Positions 1 to 14,269 of a stretch of 64,000 nt of DNA are shown piece by piece. The notes beneath the pieces are model-generated. The model did no database searches. It was not told where the DNA came from and worked only from the letters and a program-made list of their open reading frames with translations. Each line of letters opens with the position of its first letter. Position 1 is the first letter of the stretch. The position numbers and the translations under genes were made by a program. The stretch comes from Isurus oxyrinchus (lineage: Eukaryota): contig JANJGN010000402.1 in assembly GCA_026770705.1 (NCBI GenBank), positions 310,001-374,000 of the forward strand, given 5' to 3'.

Positions 1-1515
1 TAGGGGATGTTAGTGGTGATCTTTCAGGAATCACTGGAGTCAGGGAGGATCCCAGAGGACTTCAAAATCGTTAATGTAACCACCGGTCTACTAATGGAAT
101 GAGGCAAAAGACGGCAGATTACAGGCCAGTTTGCCTCAACTCGGTCGTTGGTAAGATTTTTAACTCAATTATTAAGGATGCGATTTCAGAATACTTTGAA
201 GTGCTTGATGAAATAGGGAAAAGTCTGAATGGTTTTATGAATGGGAGGTCATGCCCGAAAAGTCTGTTAGAATTCTTTGAGGGGGTAACGAGTAGGTTAG
301 ACTAAGGATAGTCAATGCATGTTATCTACTTGGATTTCCAGAGGGCCTATGAAAAGGTGTCGCACAGGTGGCAGTTCTGTGAGAGCAGAGCCCATGGTGT
401 TAGAGGCAAGGTACTAGAATGGATAGAAGATTGGCTGTCTGGCAGGAGGCAGAGAGTGGTGATAAGGCGATCCCTCTCAGGATGGCGGCCAGTGACTAGT
501 GGAGTCCCATAGGGGACAGTGTTGGGAGCACGACTTTTGACTTTATACATTATTGATCTAGATGAAGGAACTGCGGGCATCCTGACAAAGTTTGCAAATG
601 ATACAAAATCAGGTGGAGAGACCAGTACTTTCGAGGAGGCGGGGCGGCTGCAGAATGATTTGGACATGTTTGGAGCATGCGCAAACTAGTGGTAGTTGGA
701 ATACAACTTGGGTAAGTGTGTGGTAATGCATTTTGTTAGGAATAATAGAGGCATAAACTAGGTTCTAAATGGGGAGAGAATTCAGAAATCTGGAGTGCAA
801 AGGGACTTGGGGGTCCAGGATTCTCCTCAGGTTATCTTGAAGGTTGAGACGGTAGTTAGGAAGGCAAAAGCAGTGTTGGCATTTATTTCGAAAGGACTAG
901 AATATAGAAGCAGGGATTTGCTACTGAGGCTTCATCAAGCTGTGGTCAGACCACAATTACAGTATAGTGAGCAATTTTGGGCCCCGTATCTCAGGAAGGA
1001 TTTCCTGACCCTGGAGAAGGAGCAAAAGAGGTTCACGGGAACAATCCCAGGAATGCAAGGCTTAACATATGAGGAAAGTCTGAGGACTCTGTGTCCAATC
1101 TAGATGGATTTTAGAAGGATGAGTAGTGATCTGAATGAAACTTACAGAATATTGAAAGGATTGGATAGAGTTGACGTGGGCAGATGATTCCATTAGTAGG
1201 GGAGACCAGGACCCAAGGGCAAAGCCGCAGAGAAAAGGGAAGACCTTTTAGAACAGAACTGAGGAGAAACTTATTTAGACAGAGAGTGGTGAATCTATGG
1301 ACTTCATCGCCACAGAAGGCTGTGGAGGCCAGGACATTGCATGTATTTAACACTGAGATAGGTAGGTTCTTGATGGGCAAGGGGATCAAAGGTTATTGGG
1401 CGAAGGCAGAAGAATGGGGTTGAGAAACCTATCAGCCATCATTGAATGGCGAGGAGAGACACGATGGGCCGAATGGCCTAATTTCTGCTCCTATATATTA
1501 TGGTCTTATGGTCTA
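1..1515 (+). mobile_element. CR1-type LINE, 3' half of ORF2 (RT) plus 3' UTR, decayed
   Basis: ORF fragments YRPVCLNSVVGK, IYLDFQRAYEKV, SGVP, FRTELRRNLFRQRVVNLW; 3' tail ...ctcctatatattatggtcttatggtct. Confidence 0.95.
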
Positions 1516-1805
1516 AATTTGGAGAACTCTATTCAAATTTCGCTTTAACTTGACTGATCATTGTAGAACAATTCCTGCTTCTCCAGTCTCCTCATGGAAC
1601 TGAAATCATTCATTCCTGTCACCATTCAGCACATCCCTCCTGTGATATCTCCAATACTCGCACATCCTTTCTAAAATATAGTGACGTGAATCGGACACAA
1701 ATACTCAGCCTTGTACAAACTGTGATTTATGAATATTTAGCATGAAATCAAACATCCACTGTGCATTATAATCATCCTATCAGCTTGGTTTTCCAGTTGA
1801 AAGAG
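1516..1805 (-). mobile_element. Older antisense CR1 fragment, paralogous to 23240-23565
   Basis: Collinear with 23240-23565 (aatttggaga...ctcatggaactga...cctttctaaaatat..tgacgtgaa). Confidence 0.6.
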
Positions 1806-2889
1806 CACCTCGTGTTTTCCACAAGGAACTGAACGGAAATTAGGAAACATTGATCAAAATCAACCGCTTGAAATTTGTACTTTGGGTTGGTGCTGTTCTG
1901 CTGTTTTATCCCTCACGTAATATCCATGATGTGTGGGTACTGTGTCGTGCAGCCGTGTACCTGTGGATTACTCCTTAAAAAAGATGCTAAAGTTTAATCT
2001 ATAGTGTTACAAGTTAGCAGTTATATATTTATTTTGCTCCTGGTTGAAGAAAATGTTGTCAATTAACAGTTTTTAAGTTATCAAAAATACAATCCTGGTG
2101 CTCGTATTTTGTTAACCTTAATGAAGAAGTGAGGTAGAGGTCGGGCAATCTGATGGTTTGTTCAAACCTTTCACACATGCCGTGACTCGGGGTACAGGGG
2201 GCTCGATATTAGAGCACATCCTCCATTTGTAAGCCGTGACGACAATAACTAGGTTCATAGCCATTGGGGAAACCATATCAGGGGAATAAAAGTGGCATAT
2301 TATTTAATGCAGAGAGTTTAGAAGCTGCAATACTCTACTTTAGGATATGGTGCAAGATGATTCAATGGTGAGTCTTAAGAAGAGAAGTGTTTAAATACTG
2401 ACAGGGGCAATTTGTAGAACCATTGACAACAAGCATGGAAAGGGCACATCGAGACTCATTCCTTAAAGAACACCAATACCCGACGGACAAAAGACATTCA
2501 ATACAAGATGAACAATTCTCTAATTCTGTCATGAAGGAATCTATTGAGTCCGTGTTTCCTGTGAATTATAGGGATTCTGCACTTCTTCAGTCAGAGATGA
2601 ATCATTGTTTGTTCTCTGATAAAATTGCCAATGGATTAGCAAGCTCAAGGGATTGGTGCGGCAAGGTGTGTTGATAATATATTCAGTGGTGAATGATGTT
2701 CCCTCTAATCACACAACTCAACTGTTGTCATTAAGTGAAATTTAAACTCATTGACCGCATTTACGTGTCCTATCTACTTGTTCTCAGGATATGGGTTAGA
2801 TTGATAAGGATGCCATTTGGATTGACTGTAACAGAGGTCTCAGTCACCTGCTCTGGCTGAATGAAATGAAACAATTACACTATTTCGAA

Positions 2890-5200
2890 GAAGAACGCGG
2901 AACAGATTGGAGAATGGAAAATGTAACCCAGATATATTTATAAAAGAAGGTTGTAGGGAGAAAACAGCAGGTTAAAGTCTAATTAATCTAACAGCAGCAT
3001 TAGGGGAAAAGTTGCATTCTCTTGTGAAGGATGTGACAATAGGGCACTTAGAAATTATCAACAGGGTTTGACAGACTCAAAGTGGATTTATGAAAGAAAA
3101 GTCATATTTGACAAACATACTTGAGTTATTTTAGCTAGCAAAATAGATCAGGGAGAAACAGTGGGCGTGGTATATATGGATGTTCAGAAAGCATTTGATG
3201 AAGTTAATTTTATTGGCACAATTGATGGGCTTGCCGATATGCTCGATCGTAGAGGAAGACATGAAACAGAGTCCAAACTACATGTGATAGATTTACAGTG
3301 AAATATACAATTTGCAAAAGTATAAAGAATAAATAACACAAATGAACTTTAACATAAAATGGTCTTCACACGGACAACAATATTTTATAACAGCTCCTCA
3401 ATATCTTAAATTAACCACCCTCAGAATAATCGTCCCCGTTTCTGTTCAGTAATAATCCTTATGGAAATAAAATCTATACAATTCTACATATTTTAACCGC
3501 ATAGCGCATTTTCTTTGGTGTGTCCTCCAAGGCTGACAGATAATTGATTCTTCCAATCTGGCATTCTTCACACAGTATACTCCAAACTGGCAAACTACCC
3601 TTTGTATTCTGGGAGTTCTGAATAGCTTCCCCACGTTATATAAGGGATATGATTAGCTACCCTCTCACATAGGCTTCAGTAATTACTTAAATGCGTTCGT
3701 TCCTTTTAAGATTTCCCTTGTCTCAACAAGGCTCGATTAGAATGTTCACTAGTTAAGATTTTAGGGTTTTTTTTGTATGTTGTAAACCTATCCTATATTG
3801 AACCTTCCTTCCTGACAACTTTTTTGCAGCCTGCATATATCCCCCTTTGAACTAAAACAGTTTAATTCAAAATTCCTTCAGCTATTATGCTTTTCTGAAG
3901 ATCTGATTGAATGTCTTCTTGGCTCAATAACATTTCAAAACCACGCCTTACTGAAGGATGTAGGGCCTTGAAGTTACTCCAGCTCTTATTGCAAAGTATT
4001 ATTTTTATACCGCCAAACAGCATGCATTCTAGATCACAGGAAAAATAAATAAATAAATACATTACAGTTTCTTGTTTTCATCACATTACACAATAAGGGT
4101 TCTGAGTGTTAAAATTGAAGAACGAGGAATTGGTATGGACTATATTGTAACGGAGAGAGAATTGGATGGCAGCAAGTAGGAATAAACAGGCGTTTTTCGG
4201 AGTATCTGTCAGTGACTAGAGGAGTAATGCAAGGTTCAGATTTTGGTTGCCGAAAATTATCCTTATTTATCAATGATTTGGATGAGGTGACGACGTATAA
4301 TAGTTCCAAGTTTTCTACCGTCACAAAGCTTGATGGGAATATAAGCGTTAAGGAGGATGTTAAAAGATTTCAATGCAATTCAGTTAAGTCGAAATAGTTG
4401 GCAAATGCAAGGCAGATGCAGTATACCGGGGACACTTGTGAACCTATACACTTTTTAGGTAAAAAATGTCAAATTATTACAAACTTGATCATTGATTGCT
4501 GAATGTGGAGAAGACAATCACCTGGCTGTCATTGTACGATAATCTCCGAAACCAAGCATGCAGGTGCAGCAAGCATTTAAGACGGCAAATTGTATGTTGA
4601 AGCTCATTTCAAAAAAACGACTTGAGTACGGGAGCAATGTTGACATACTGCAGCTGTACACGGCCTGGGCGAGTGTACATTTGCAATTTTGTTATATTTT
4701 GGTCTGCTAACAGAAGAAAGGAAAATTTGGCATTCATGGATTACATTTGAAGTTCACCAGACTGATCTTGGGATTGCAGGATTTCCGTAGGGGGAGAGAT
4801 TGTGTTGAATAGGACTGTATGTTTTGGAGTTCAAAAGAATCAGAGGGGATCCAATGGAAACGTATAGTATCCTGTCAGGGTTGGGTAGACTGGGGGCAGG
4901 GGTGATGTTTCCTCTTGCTGGGGGGCCTGGACAACCGGTCACAGTCCCTGGATACGGTTACACTATGTAGGACTGAGGGTGTTGAACCTATGGAATTCTC
5001 CACCAGAGAAGACAGTGCAGGTGAAGACAATGATTATATGTAATAATTATATCGGCAGATTTCTGATTTTGAAATGCATCACAGGGTGTAGGGATAGTGT
5101 GGGACGATGGCGATTATATGGAGAAACAGCCGTGATCATACTGACTGGTAGTGCAAAATCGAAGTGCCAAATGTCCAAATCTGGTCCCTTTTTTCGATGT
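2890..5200 (+). mobile_element. CR1 LINE RT fragment interrupted by a ~0.9 kb insert at about 3207-4085
   Basis: RT reads ...YMDVQKAFDEV up to 3206 and resumes near 4088 with the next motifs (TRGVMQGS, LFINDLD); 3' UTR near 5100-5200. Confidence 0.85.
3474..4028 (-). pseudogene. Decayed Ulp1/SENP-like (peptidase C48) catalytic-domain remnant
   Basis: GFEMLLSQEDIQSDLQKSIIAEGILN resembles SENP AFRLTITRKDIQTL..WLNDEIIN; later ELP-IQRVVCQFGVYCVKNA resembles PQQxNGxDCGVFxCKYA; many stops and frameshifts; acceptor-like ttttcctgtgatctag upstream. Confidence 0.4.
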
Positions 5201-6390
5201 TCCCTATTGCCAACAGACAGGGTGATCAAACCAGGTTCAATGAAGAGTGTACGAGGCAATGCCTGGCCAAGTGTCAGGCGTAGCAAATAATGAGCTGCAA
5301 ACCTAGTGAAGCTGCAGCACAAGGCTACTTGCATGGCAACCTTGAAATGCATTAAGTGAAAGAGAGAGGTAAGCGATTCCACATTCATTGGATTATGTGT
5401 AAACATTGGAGGCCCGCCACTTCTATTCGGGAATGATGGCCGACAATTAAGCAACAAAGTGGAGGATGAGGCTCCAGAAATAACCTCAACCACAATGGCG
5501 GAGGCGCCCAGCACATCAGCACAGGAAAATACGGCTGAATCATTTGCAACAACCTTCAGCAAGAAGTGACATTTTGGCTTACTCTGGAGGTCCCCTGCAT
5601 CAGAAATATCAATCTTCAGCTCAGTGAAAGCATTCCTTGTAATAACAGGAAATGACTGAAGGAACTGAATACAGAAAAGGCGAAGGACCATGATAAAATT
5701 CTGGCAGCCGTGCAGGAGATGTCTGCTCCAAATCTAGCGGTGCCCTGCCTGAGCCAAACTTTTCATTACGAGTGGAAGACTGGAATTTTCCTAAAGTGGA
5801 AAACAAGTGTGCAGTAATGTCCTGTCCACTAAAAAACAGATCTAATCCAAGCCACACAATCACCACTCATTCAGCCTGCGGTGGATCATTAGGAGAGGGA
5901 TGGATGGGGTCATGGACAGAGCGATCAAGTCGTACTTACTCAGCAATAAGCTGTTCACTGACGTACAGCGTGGCTTCCACTCGAGGCGCTGAATTCCAGG
6001 TCACATTGCAGCCACAGTCCTAGGATGGAAATAAAAACTGAAGAAGTGGGTAAGTAGTTGCAGGTCACCCATCTCAGCCACAGGTTTGGGTGCATGTTAT
6101 CCTCAGAGTAATATCCAATTTCCAGTAATATTCAATTGTTTCATCAGTGACTTACCCCCAATCATAATTTTGGAAGTGAGATTTGTTCATGATAACGCAC
6201 ACTGCTCAATATCGTTTGTTACTCCTTGGACACAGTAGCAGTCTGTACTCATTTGCGTCTGGACCTCTTCAGCATTCCCTCCTGGATTTCCAAGTGGAAA
6301 GTAACATTGCGCCTACACCGATTAATATACAAACTGGCTGCAGCAATGCACAGGGACTCAGATGCAGGAGAGTCATTAACATGTAAACGT
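5200..6390 (+). mobile_element. Second LINE family (CR1/L2 superfamily), RT-proximal fragment
   Basis: Degenerate PxFNEEC..., ESFATTFSKK, CPLKNRSNP motifs; same family as 40735-42680 and 56230-57230. Confidence 0.75.
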
Positions 6391-7699
6391 GTATGCAATC
6401 ATCATTGTGCAGCACTAATGTTCTGAGCCGGAGGCAGGAAAGTCTAGAATGAAAAAAAACGCTCACTCAAGCCTTGTCTCCCTGATGGAGCTACACAAAC
6501 CTTCCTTTCATAAGAAACATTTTGATAAACTTCACTGATATGAAAACACAAAACTATTCAACCGTTTATTTGCACACATACACACAAAGATAAACAAGTG
6601 CTTATGGTTAGACATATACAAAAACAATAAACAAGTGTTCAAGTAAACACGTTCACATAAACATTAAGCAAACGTCTTTGTGTAAACAAAAACAAACATT
6701 AAGCATACCGAATTGTAGACGCATGCACAATAAAAAGCACAAAAATTGCATATCAGGAAAATCTAGGCGGTTTGGAAAGAGCACATGACTGATTGTAGAT
6801 AACATTAAAGACATCATCCAATTTCCGCCCAATGCAAATATCTTTTTATTTTTTTTAATAAGCCAATATAATGTAAGTATGTCACTGAGACAATAGCTCA
6901 CACCTCCACTCACTCACTAGTTGTTGTGTTTTTCGTCGTTGTGACAAACACGTTAGTACAATTGCATATTGTTATGTAGTATGACATAGGATTCTATAAC
7001 CGAACATTTTTGCTGGGCACCCTTTCAGATATCATCAATAATAAACTTTTCCAAACAATGAAATATCCCTACATACTTTACAATAAGGAGCATTTAATAC
7101 ATACCAAGTTGGTATTTTTGCAATGTTTTCTTTATTTGTATGAACAATAGCAATTGTTTGGATGTCAGACTCCACCCACAGCGGTGTTGAGGTACCAAAA
7201 ATGTATGTGGCCAAGCCCTGAATGGCGTCTTCCCTCCTGCAATCCCGACCTGCCTTAAAATTTAAGAGGGAGTAGACGAGAGTAAGGCTTTACTTTTCCA
7301 CTCACCTTTGAGCCTATTAAGCATCCCAAGTGGCCATTACATGCCAACATCAGGCCTCTTTTCAGCCCAGCCCTATTTCACACGCAGCAGAGTGAGGCCT
7401 AATCCAGGTTTACCAGCAATTCTCACACCCCATTAAATTAAACCAATTAATCGAGGACCCTTATTTCTTGATCCAGGTTATTACACAATATGCAGACTAT
7501 AATCCACTAAATTACCTTAAACTAGAAGCGAATAATGTCATAAATAATTACCCAACCTTTCCTATTATTTTGAGATCATTGCTGTTTCTTGTTGTGTTTA
7601 CTGCTTCAACAGGGCAGGAACATTCTCTGAAGATTTAAGGAAGTTGGATGTCAAAGAAATAACGCGAATATCACATTTCCCCCAGAATAACGCATTATC

Positions 7700-8270
7700 A
7701 CTGTGCACCAAATTGCCAATACCCACAATCACTAAGTCTTTGCCTCACTCAGGATGATGTATCTACCAAGGTAATGTATGGTCTCACTCGTCAGCCTCTT
7801 ATAGCCCTTATATTAAATTGAACTGATGTGAGATAAAATGGCTCACACGACTTAAGTTTCAAAAATATTCAGGCTCTAAGCAGGCCTCACGTATTTGACT
7901 GTTAACTGTCACAAGTTTAGCTGAGTCAGGTACCTTTACCAACTTTATAATTAGAGAAATAAAAGAGAATGACTCACTAGTTCAATCCCTGCTGTGCTCC
8001 AAATTGCCAATAGTCTGACTCACTCAGGCTGTGTCTCACTGAGGATGAGTTCTCTCACCTGCTCATGTTCAAGCTTACTGATCGTGTGCTTGTAATAACC
8101 CCTTTATTAAATAGAGCTGAGTTGAGCAACATGGGACAAACCCCACCTATCGAATGGAAGGCTTTGATCTACTAAGGCTGGAGTGTCCATTGCTAAACAT
8201 GTTGAGCAGAATCAGAGTCTCTGTGCAGCCAACCTACACAGCTGAGGCCTTAGTATGCACCGTTTAAGCA
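7700..8270. repeat. Diverged ~290-bp tandem duplication
   Basis: ctgtgcaccaaattgccaata (7702) vs ctgtgctccaaattgccaata (7992), with shared ctcact(c/g)aggatga and cct(t)atattaaat blocks. Confidence 0.65.
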
Positions 8271-8904
8271 CTTCTGGAGTGATACAATTAATTTGCCCCT
8301 CGATATGCGAAGAGGCACACTAATCACTTTAAATTCACCTAATAGGAGGCAATCAGCTGCCTCCAGGGTGTTGCATTCGTTTAAGTAATAAATGTGTCCA
8401 TGTATTTATTGTTTTTATGCATGTGTGTGCAGAACACATTTTCCTAACACAAACAGAAAACACTTGAATACAAATCGGCATCCCTGGCAGGATCTGTGAA
8501 GATAAGGATATTTATTGCTTCGAGCCTAGCTGACTCTTCTTCTGTGCTTTTTGTTGATAATGTTTGTTTACAAATAATTGTCCCAATAACCTTTTTTTGT
8601 ATTTGCTCATATGTAGAGAGTGGCTGTTATCCATTACGTGCATCTATTTACTAAAACAATCATTTGTTATTCCATAAACGTAGCAGTGAAATTTAATAAC
8701 AATTGTTAGGATCATAATCATCTGTGCAGCTCCGTCAGCGAGAGAGAGGGCAATAGTATCTGTTGCTGAATTTTCACGATTGTAGTGCTGCTCATTATCC
8801 CCGGAAAATAACAATGATGGCAGACAGCATTAGGTGCTTCTCTCTCTCTTGATGCCGAGTCCCAGCTGTCTTTTGCAGATATTTTGTACCTGGATAACAT
8901 TCAG

Positions 8905-9480
8905 GTATTGCTGCATGTGGGCATGGACTGTTTCAGTATCTGCAGAGTCATGAATGGCCCTGAACATTGCCCTATCATCAGTGAACATTGCCACTGCTGA
9001 CCTTTCATGCAGGCAAATTCATTGATGAAGCAGCTGAAAATAGTTGGGCCAAGCACAATACCCGGAGGGAATCCCGCAGTGATGTCCTAGAGCTGCGATT
9101 AATGACCTCCAACAACCAAATCATTTTTCATTTTCTCAGCTATTATTTCTCTTTGTAACCTGTTCAGAGGTCACTGATCTGTCAACTAAATCACAGCAGC
9201 CCTGGATTCACATAAAGTCCAGACCAAGCAAAGGCAGCAGGTTTACTTCCCTGAAGGAAAATTAACAGTGTTAATCAGCTGCTTTGTCATCCTCATTACT
9301 GGCCCTGGTTTTCATCGAATTTTAATTTAGTACCAGTCGTGGCGTGGGGTATTTTCTTGCCAGGGCAACTGGAAGAGCTCCTCTGTTCTCTTTCGAAATA
9401 GTTTCATGGTGTTTTTCTTTACATCAGCCGGAATAGGCACCTGAGACCTTGGATACCATCAATCTTTTTCACTGTCACGC
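8905..9480 (-). mobile_element. Antisense LINE fragment followed by SINE fragments
   Basis: 8905-9150 matches the 41540-41790 LINE segment; 9170-9370 is the reverse complement of the SINE body seen at 57800-57960. Confidence 0.55.
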
Positions 9481-9721
9481 ATGACCTTTCAAGAACAGAC
9501 GGAAAACAGAAATGAGATCAATGAGTTTGTGATTTATTGAACAAAGCCAGGTGAGCTCTGTAATCAGGTGGAACATCATTCTCCATTGATCATACTGTCA
9601 ACACAACTTGACTCAGAACCTCTTGTGCCCTCCTTTCTGCTGTCACACTTATCAGAGAGTAAGCAAAGATTAATCTCTGACACAAAAACTTCTGAAACTT
9701 CGTTAATAATGATGTCATATC

Positions 9722-11430
9722 GAGAAACATAGAAAATAGGAGCAGGAATAGGCCATTCTGCCCTACGGGCCTGCTCCGCCATTCATTATGATCATGACTG
9801 ATCATCTACCTCAACCAACTGCTTCCGCTTTTCCCCTGTATACTTTGATCCATTTCGCCCCTACAAAAAAATACAATGTATTGGCCTCAACTACTTTCTG
9901 TGGTTTCGAATTCCAAAGGCTCACCTCTCTTTGAGTGAAGAGTTTCTCCTCATTTTGGACCTATATAATCTGCCTTGCATCATCAGACAGTCAACTCTGG
10001 TTCTGGACTCCCTCATCATCGGGAACAGCTTTCCTGCATCTACCCAGCCTGGTCCTTTTAGAATTGTATAGATTTCTGTGAGACGCTCTCTCATTTTACT
10101 GCACTCCAGCACATATAATCCTACACGTCTCAACATGTCGTGACCTGTCATTAGCACCATCCCAGGAATAAGTGTTTTAAACTTTCGCTGCATTCCATGT
10201 ATAGCAAAAACAACCTTCCTCAGATAAGGATACCAAAACTGTGCACAATGTTACACATGTTGTCTCACTGAGGCCTTCGATAATTGTAGGAAGATATCCC
10301 TGGTCCTTCACTCTGATCCTCACGGAATGAAGGCCCAAAATACTTCATTACATTTACTTCATTAACACCTGCTGCACTTCCATATTCCCCTTATGTGTCT
10401 GATATACAACATTTAATGCTTTCCATTACCTGCTCTTAATGCATTGCCATTCAGATAACAATCTGCATTCTTGTGTTTGCAAACAAAGGAAGCCACACTT
10501 TTACGCAAATTATACAGCATCTGCCATGTAGTAGCCCACAAACAGAGCTTGTCCAAATCAAATTGAAGCATCTACGCACCCTCCTAGCAGCTCAAAGTTC
10601 CACCCAGCTTTGTGTCATCTGTAAATTTGGAGGCATTATATTTAATTCCCTCATCTAAATCATTCATACGTGGTGCTAGTGGCTTGGGCCCCAGCACCTA
10701 TTCCTGTGGAACAAGCTAGTCAATGCCTGCTATTCGGAAAAAGGCCTGTTTATTTTTAATCATGTTTTTTTTTCATGTCTACCAACCAGTTTTCTATCGA
10801 TCTCAAATAATTTCACCAATCGCTTGCTTTCATTTTACATGCTAAGTAAGATTTTTGTCAAAAGCCTTCTGAAATTCCAAATAAATAAAATCCACTGGCT
10901 CCCCATCATGAACTCCAATAGTTACGCTCTTTTTAAAATCCAATAGATTTGTCAAAGCAAATGCATGCTGCCTCTGTCCGATTCTGCCACTGTTTCCCCA
11001 ATGTCAGATATTAACTGTTGTATAATGCACTCCAGAAATTCCCCACTGCAGACCACAGTCTGACTGGTCTATTAGTCTGTCTTCTCTCTGCCACCCTTTT
11101 GGAACAGTAGAGTTACTTTAGCTACCCTACAAGCAGTGCCAGTAGGAACTATTCCAAAGTCTATGGAATCTCGTAAGACGGCCACCAATGCATCCAATAT
11201 GCTCCTGGTTCTAGATGATCAGTCCCTGAGGATTTACCGGCCTTCAATCCAATCAATTTCGCTAACACTATTCCCCTCCTAAAACTGACTTCTTCAGTCC
11301 CTGCCTCTCACTAAAACCTGTTTCCCCCAACATTCCTGCTATGTTTTGTTGGTGTCCTATGTCAAGGCAGAACCAACATTTGCGTTTCGTTCGTTGTTCT
11401 ATTCATTTGCTCAACATTATAAATTCCCGA
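9722..11430 (-). mobile_element. CR1 LINE, antisense, decayed
   Basis: 3' tail agaaacatagaaaataggagcagg at 9722; ORF 9921-10193 QRKFKTLIPGM...YTILKG..VDAGKLFP. Confidence 0.9.
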
Positions 11431-12233
11431 GACGGTCTCAATTGGTCTGTTGGCACAAAATCGGAGTCTTATCCAGCTTGAATGGAATCCATTTGGTCCA
11501 TCTTGTCTGTGCTGAATTTGTAGGATATATTGCCCGTCATCTTTTCAGTTTTAGCAAAGCTCTGCAGCACCGCCAATATTTATCCAGCACCCTTTGTAAT
11601 CTCACTGTTGTATCCGTTTACAAAATCTCTTCAGATGGTAGATTCCAGATTATAACAAATGTGTACAATCAGTTTTATATTTATGTCCCCTCGGGCTCTT
11701 TTAGCAACTACTGTAATTTGTGTTACTGTTTCTTGTTCCAGACTCTCTCTAAACTGCACTTGTGGGAAACAAAGCAGCAGGTTAACGTGTGTGCATTTGT
11801 GCGGGTCGGGTGGGTGGAGGGGTTGGGGGGGTGCTAGGGGGTGGGGGTGGAATGAACTTCCTGGAAAGTTATGCAAAAAGAAGAAAAGAACGGATTGCCC
11901 AGGAGAGGATATTAAAGTCCCTCAAACACAATATAGGGCAGATTGTTTGGCAGGGGCTAGGAATCTAACTTCAAGCACATCAGGTAAAGGGACGGCAATG
12001 AGAAAGGGGAGAGGAAATACAGGACTGAAGTTGTTGTATCTGAATGCACGCAATATACGAAATAAGTTATATGAACTTGTGGCGTATATTGCAATTGGCA
12101 GGTATGATGTGGTGGGCATCAGGGAGACATGGCTGCAAGGGGATCAGGACTAGGAGATAAGTATCCAAGGACAGATATCCTATCGAAAAGAAAGGCAAGT
12201 TTGCAGAGGGCTTGGGGTTTCCTTGTTAGTAAA

Positions 12234-12833
12234 TATCACGGAAATCGGAGTGAACACTCAGATGCAGGAACTTCATCTCGGAAACCCTTTTTTAATTGTG
12301 ATATCACGGAAAGCCGAGTAGTATATAATGGAGCTAGCTGACACTCTGAGCCAGCATCAGCGTACACACATAGTTATAGTAATAGTCGCGCATATCAAAG
12401 AGCATGAAGGTGATAAAACTGCCTAACCTTCAATAATTAATTACATTGACAACCATTATCTTTGGCATACAGTACAAAATTGTTCTATTCTAGTTCATGA
12501 CTACCCAGGATCGTAGCATCTGGAGATAGAAAGTGAGACAGAGAATAGATTACCCTGCTTGTCCCTATCTTTATTGCCTGGGGGGTGGACATTCTTGAGA
12601 ACAGATGACCATTGCTTGATTTTGTCTCTTTGTGTTGGGGGCAGACATCCTAGCGTTGCCTCATGGATTAAAGGAAGCTTGTTTAACAGAATCCTTTTCT
12701 CCCTTCCTGCTAAATTACCGGGCAGCTGCAGGTGTGCCTGCGGGAACAAAAGAGGGAAATGTGCCCAGTTTTTCACTATGATTTAAACCGCTTAACCCTT
12801 AGTTGTCTTGTAGATGTATCTTATTCTTCCACA
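12234..12833 (-). repeat. ERV 3' LTR
   Basis: Direct repeat of 20432-21270 (minus the insert); begins TGTGGAAG on the minus strand right after the PPT. Confidence 0.95.
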
Positions 12834-12845
12834 ATCCCTCCTTGT
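12834..12845 (-). promoter_or_regulatory. Polypurine tract
   Basis: Minus strand aacaaggagggat immediately before TG of the 3' LTR. Confidence 0.8.
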
Positions 12846-12857
12846 TAATCTTGTAGA

Positions 12858-14243
12858 TTAATACCAATGATGAATAGTATATTCATTATCATAAGTGCGC
12901 TCATAACCATAAGGAAAAGGCCGATCCATGGCAGGGGAAACTTTTTCTACCCACCAATCGTTTTTGCTGTGGCCAGTGTGCATCAATTGTGGAATGATTG
13001 GAGTTCCTCCTAATCCAGTGGTGGCTCCATTCATAGCTCCATTAAAACAGTGGACACAGCAAATGTTCAAAGTAGCACATGCAAAACACCCTCTTACATC
13101 AATTAAAACTAATCCAATTAAATCATACAGCAGCCAACTTCCACAACCACCCCATTACTGCAGCCCACTAGGAATCCTTGTTACAAAAATTCTCAATCTT
13201 TCCCCAACTTTCTTTATTTCTTGCACTTTATCTAAAACGTGCTGCCCCAGGTTAGTAATGTTCTCAGAAACATAAGGCACATAAGTGCAGTATTCTGAAC
13301 CTATCATGGCACAAACACTGCCCTTTTCAGCTTGGAGGAAGTCAAGGGCCATTCTATTTTGCAGAGCTGTTAGGCATAGGGCTATCATTTCAGTACTGGC
13401 AGCTGAAATCTGTTCCTGTGTCTCAATAAAAACATCAGCTGTTGAAATGGCAAATTTTTCAAGCGCAGCCGCATGGTTGATAGCCTCTTGGGAATTACAC
13501 GCAGTCCCGTATGAATGGATGCGAATCATCCAAAATCGTTTGGACTCCGAGATGCCACGGAGATACAGACGCAGATGTGTGTTAATATCTAACTTACTTA
13601 TATAGCGGAGGTATGGATTCAAATATGGTAGGCAGCAGCAACCACTCCAGGTGGGCGTGATAGTGCCCTTGACCAAATTATCGGTATTTCGATTAAAAAG
13701 GGAAGAGAATTGTGGCATCCCAGGCAGCCAGGGATATGCTTTTTCTCCACAAACCCAGTAAGTACCATGTAAAGGATTTTTAGGATCATAACTACCAGGT
13801 CTATTAGATATTGTGTTTTGACAACTACTATTTCCCAGGTTATAGGTACCAGTTGCAAGAGTCGAACACCAACAGGTGGCGTTTATTGGTACTGGAGGGG
13901 GCCTGATTCTTATCCCATGCTTTGTGTAGTTCCACTACTTAGCAGGGGGAGAGCGAAGGAACCACCCTCTAAACATATTGGGTTCTGCATCATCTGACAG
14001 GATAAGAAAGTTTGTGAGATCCGTTCTTTCTTCCTCAGTCAGGGGTTTCGCCTGATAGGTGCTTGACTCACCCCCATGGTTGGGAATCTGGGCACGTATC
14101 CAACAGACACCCTGTCTGACTTTTCCAGCATAGGTGCGGCATAAAGACAAAAAAGTGCCAGGGTGGCAATCCTTTAGATACACTCGATAAAAAATAGCAA
14201 AAGGATAACATATAGCAAATAACGTATCTGATACATTACGCAA
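12858..14243 (-). pseudogene. env: ERV env, gamma-type TM, disrupted
   Basis: SU CWIR (degenerate CWxC); cleavage-like RLYLR/GISE; immunosuppressive domain LQNRMALDFLQAEKGSVC with degenerate CX6CC; hydrophobic anchor and cytoplasmic tail ending at 12858. Confidence 0.93.
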
Positions 14244-14269
14244 GCTGATACACTATTAGAAATCGTTAA

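Noticed and set aside
5047-5691. 214-aa minus-strand ORF (also 45106-45753)
   Set aside because: Antisense to LINE ORF2 fragments.
6480-7140. AT-rich unique-looking stretch with a hydrophobic ORF (6653-6913)
   Set aside because: No recognisable motif or consistent exon structure in any frame.
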